Source: a bacterium (GTDB lineage: Bacteria > SZUA-182 > DTGQ01 > JAFGSM01). From it: a stretch of 18,183 nucleotides of DNA. Below are positions 15,567 to 18,183 of this stretch, in pieces. The notes below the pieces were generated by a model. It worked only from the letters and a program-made list of their open reading frames with translations, was not told where the DNA came from and did not search any database. Position numbers and translations under genes: made by a program. Position 1 is the first letter of the stretch. Each line of letters opens with the position of its first letter. The stretch covers positions 1 to 18,183 of the forward strand of contig JBLIRN010000034.1 of NCBI GenBank assembly GCA_049472315.1, written 5' to 3'.

Positions 15567-16967
15567 TTGACCGAACGTATCCTGATCGTCGATAACGAGC
15601 CGAATTTTTTGCGTCTTATCTCATCCACGCTCACCGAGGAAGGATATGAGGTTGCCGTGGCCGAGGACGGCATACATGCCTTGAACATCATGGATAATCA
15701 GGTCTTTGATCTGGTGTTTTCCGATCTTGTCATGCCCGAGATGGATGGGCTGGAGTTGATGGAACGAATACGGAGCAAATATCCCTCCATACCGTTTATC
15801 ATGATCAGCGGCGCGAGCACCGTAGAGCAGGCGGTGGAGGCGATGAAAAGGGGGGCCTATGACTTCATCACAAAGCCGTTCGACCTGAAACAGATCAGGA
15901 TCATCATTCGCAAGGCCCTTGACTACGGGGCACTCTACCGCGAATTGGACCATCTGAGAAAGGAGGTCCAGGAACGGTATCAATTCCACAATATCATCGG
16001 CAAATCCAAAAAGATGCAGCGGCTCTTTGATTTTGTGGAGCAGGTTGCGGACAGCTCCGCCAATATCCTCATCGAGGGCGAAAGCGGCACCGGAAAGGAG
16101 ATGCTTGCCCGGGCCATCCATTACAGCAGTTCCAGACGTGACAAGCCCTTCTTCCCCATCGATTGCGGTTCCCTGACGGAAACCCTTCTGGAAAGCGAGC
16201 TGTTCGGTCACGTCAAGGGGGCCTTCACCGGCGCCACCTATGCACGCCCGGGCATCTTTGAGGCAGCGCACGGCGGTACCGTATTCCTGGATGAGGTGGG
16301 GGACACCCCCCTTTCAACCCAGAGTAAGCTGCTCAGGGTTATCCAGGAAAAGGAACTCAAACCGGTGGGAAGTGACCAGATAAAGAAGGTGGATGTAAGG
16401 ATCATTTGCGCCACCAACAGGGATCTGAAAAGGGCGGCATCACAAGGCAGCTTCAGGAAGGACCTCTATTACCGGATCGCCACGATCCCCCTGGTGCTCC
16501 CCCCATTACGTGAGAGGATGGAGGATATTCCGGTCCTGGTGAATCATTTTATTGAACGATATGCCACGATGAACAAAAAGAAGGTAAAGGGCATCACCCG
16601 GGAGGCGCTGATCATTCTCATGGAGTACCGATGGCCGGGAAATATCCGTGAACTGGAGCATGTCATAGAACGGGCCGTGCTCATCACCCGGGGCTCCATG
16701 ATCAAACCCAAGGAGATCTATCTGGATCACAGTTATGTCAACCATGAAATCGGCATCGATAATCCTGAATCCCTGACCAATATAATGGATAAGACGGAGA
16801 AGGAACATATCATAAAGGCACTGGAACGGGTCAATTTCAACCGTTCAAAGGCCGCTAAAATATTGCGGATAAGCCGGCGCACACTCTATGACAAGCTCGA
16901 AAAATACGGAATCCTTTCGAATCCTGTGAAAAACAGGCAGCCGAATGGGAATATCGATCCCACCTAA
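15567..16967 (+). CDS. Sigma54-dependent NtrC/AtoC-family response regulator (REC-AAA+-Fis HTH)
   Basis: Receiver domain (ILIVDN, SDLVMPEMDG, KPF). Walker A GESGTGKE, intact GAFTGA, Walker B FLDEVG, WPGNIRELE. HTH NRSKAAKILRISRRTLYDKL. TTG start after AAGGGG. Confidence 0.95.
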   Translation: MTERILIVDNEPNFLRLISSTLTEEGYEVAVAEDGIHALNIMDNQVFDLVFSDLVMPEMDGLELMERIRSKYPSIPFIMISGASTVEQAVEAMKRGAYDFITKPFDLKQIRIIIRKALDYGALYRELDHLRKEVQERYQFHNIIGKSKKMQRLFDFVEQVADSSANILIEGESGTGKEMLARAIHYSSSRRDKPFFPIDCGSLTETLLESELFGHVKGAFTGATYARPGIFEAAHGGTVFLDEVGDTPLSTQSKLLRVIQEKELKPVGSDQIKKVDVRIICATNRDLKRAASQGSFRKDLYYRIATIPLVLPPLRERMEDIPVLVNHFIERYATMNKKKVKGITREALIILMEYRWPGNIRELEHVIERAVLITRGSMIKPKEIYLDHSYVNHEIGIDNPESLTNIMDKTEKEHIIKALERVNFNRSKAAKILRISRRTLYDKLEKYGILSNPVKNRQPNGNIDPT

Positions 16968-17004
16968 GGGCACCTCTCGCCGCTGCAACTGCCTCTCCTT
17001 CAGA

Positions 17005-18183
17005 TCAACGAGCACCGAGGGGTTGCCGTTGTCGTGAACGTTCGTTCCCCGGCTCTCTCCAGTATTTCGTTTGCCACTCCGTAGGCTGATGATAGCCCTT
17101 GTATTTTAAGAGGGCTTCAAGGCCATGGCAGTCAAGACAAATGGAAAAGGACGGCCCTTTGTTTCTGAGAAAGCTGTTCGTCGGATCCCCCTCGATATTC
17201 GCTTTCGACGGATAGTACTTGTTTTGCGGGTCCCATTGATGTGGTTCATGGCAGGTGGTGCAGGTAACGAATCCGGTGGGTGTTGCGTTCCCCTGTTTGT
17301 CGTACAGCGGATAATAGATATTGATCCCATTCCCCTTGAGCTGTTGACGCTCCATGATTTTGCCGGTATAGACAAAAGAACTGGGATGCAGGCCGATAAA
17401 GACATTCTTTGCATCGGCTGCACCATCCTTCTTGTGGCAGTTGACACAGGTGCCCAGCATAAAATCCGTCTCACCCTCCAGGGATCGTGCCCATAGGAGC
17501 CTTTTTTCAGGTGCGTGATGCACCGAATGACAGGGGGAGCATACCCCCGCCTCGTTAACACCCTGGCCGAGGCCGTTTCTTGACCCAGGAGCCACAAGCC
17601 GCATATCATGCTCACTCCATAGCACATATCCCTTATCCTCGTGACAATCAAGGCATATATATCCCGGACCCTGTGTCGTTTCCCTCAGAAAGCTGTTTCC
17701 CACGGTTCCCTCTACATTGGCGGTATATTGGCAGTTCCTCTCGTCCTCAGACCATTGATGGACATTATGACAGGTCTGGCAGGTAAGAATGGCGCCCTGT
17801 TCCTTATCATGCCGCTGATCAAGGGGTTCAAAGGAGGGAGAGGTATACAGGGGGAGTTGGGTGGTCGTGCCCCTCTGGGACAACGAGATATTCACCGGAT
17901 GAGAAAATCCGTGATCAAGGGACTTCTTTGCACCTATTCGCCCCTCCGTATGACAACTCTGGCATAACAGATCCACCGGCCCCTGTCCGGTGCCCGGGGC
18001 GGCCAACGAAACCGCCCAAAGCCGATACTCCTGGCCGTTGTGAACACTATGGCATGCAGCACACGTGCCTTGGCTGTAATTGGTATCGATAAGCATCAGG
18101 TCATGGTCGGTTTTTGCCACGCTCCCCTCATCGGGATGGCATTGTCTGCATAGAAGGGATTCGGGGGCAGAGGTCATGCGCAA
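17005..18183 (-). CDS. Multiheme c-type cytochrome of tandem OmcE-like tetraheme modules, 5'-partial (>=9 hemes)
   Basis: 9 CxxCH in the visible 392 aa; the frame is open at the window edge. Two complete modules HD(L/M)..CxxCHSVH..LWA..CxxCH..HP..PLY..TCxTCHxxHQW..EG...NSFLR..ICLDCH, plus the tail of an earlier module (LR....LLCRQCH). Confidence 0.88.
   Translation of the reverse strand: MRMTSAPESLLCRQCHPDEGSVAKTDHDLMLIDTNYSQGTCAACHSVHNGQEYRLWAVSLAAPGTGQGPVDLLCQSCHTEGRIGAKKSLDHGFSHPVNISLSQRGTTTQLPLYTSPSFEPLDQRHDKEQGAILTCQTCHNVHQWSEDERNCQYTANVEGTVGNSFLRETTQGPGYICLDCHEDKGYVLWSEHDMRLVAPGSRNGLGQGVNEAGVCSPCHSVHHAPEKRLLWARSLEGETDFMLGTCVNCHKKDGAADAKNVFIGLHPSSFVYTGKIMERQQLKGNGINIYYPLYDKQGNATPTGFVTCTTCHEPHQWDPQNKYYPSKANIEGDPTNSFLRNKGPSFSICLDCHGLEALLKYKGYHQPTEWQTKYWREPGNERSRQRQPLGAR

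Noticed and set aside
111..16808. Numerous minus-strand and alternate-frame ORFs of 60-280 aa (e.g. 12072-12914, 10597-11295, 15621-16271)
   Set aside because: They lie within well-supported genes and show no recognisable motifs; they are shadow ORFs.
16968..17004. Bidirectional terminator between the convergent genes
   Set aside because: No convincing GC stem with a T-tract on either strand.
1..18183. CRISPR arrays, tRNA/rRNA, IS elements or integrases
   Set aside because: No regularly spaced DNA repeats, RNA gene signatures or transposase motifs were seen. The recurring TGCCATGA-like words are just Cys-His codons of heme motifs.

Overview
This window (roughly 55% GC by eye; diderm, probably anaerobic and Desulfobacterota-like by gene content, which is an inference) is an extracellular-electron-transfer locus. 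A tightly packed + strand run encodes, in order: a partial Ig-like/invasin-repeat protein; a predicted outer-membrane beta-barrel; three PelC/CsgG-fold paralogs; a hidden 55-aa ORF; a SurA/PpiC-type lipoprotein chaperone; 26-heme and 16-heme doubled-CxxCH cytochromes; a YVTN beta-propeller lipoprotein; two paralogous cytochromes (8 and 13 hemes); and a soluble PAS histidine kinase with a sigma54 (NtrC-family) response regulator. Converging on this run is the 3' part of a multiheme cytochrome built from tandem OmcE-like tetraheme modules. At least 72 heme-binding motifs are visible (26+16+8+13+>=9). The core gene order resembles the omcS-companion (osc) nanowire-assembly cluster of Geobacter as I recall it, but no omcS is in view. 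The best candidate for a new system is an Osc-like barrel/ring/chaperone export machine paired with a concatenated OmcE-repeat 'single-chain nanowire' cytochrome. All family assignments come from motif recognition by eye; no searches were run.
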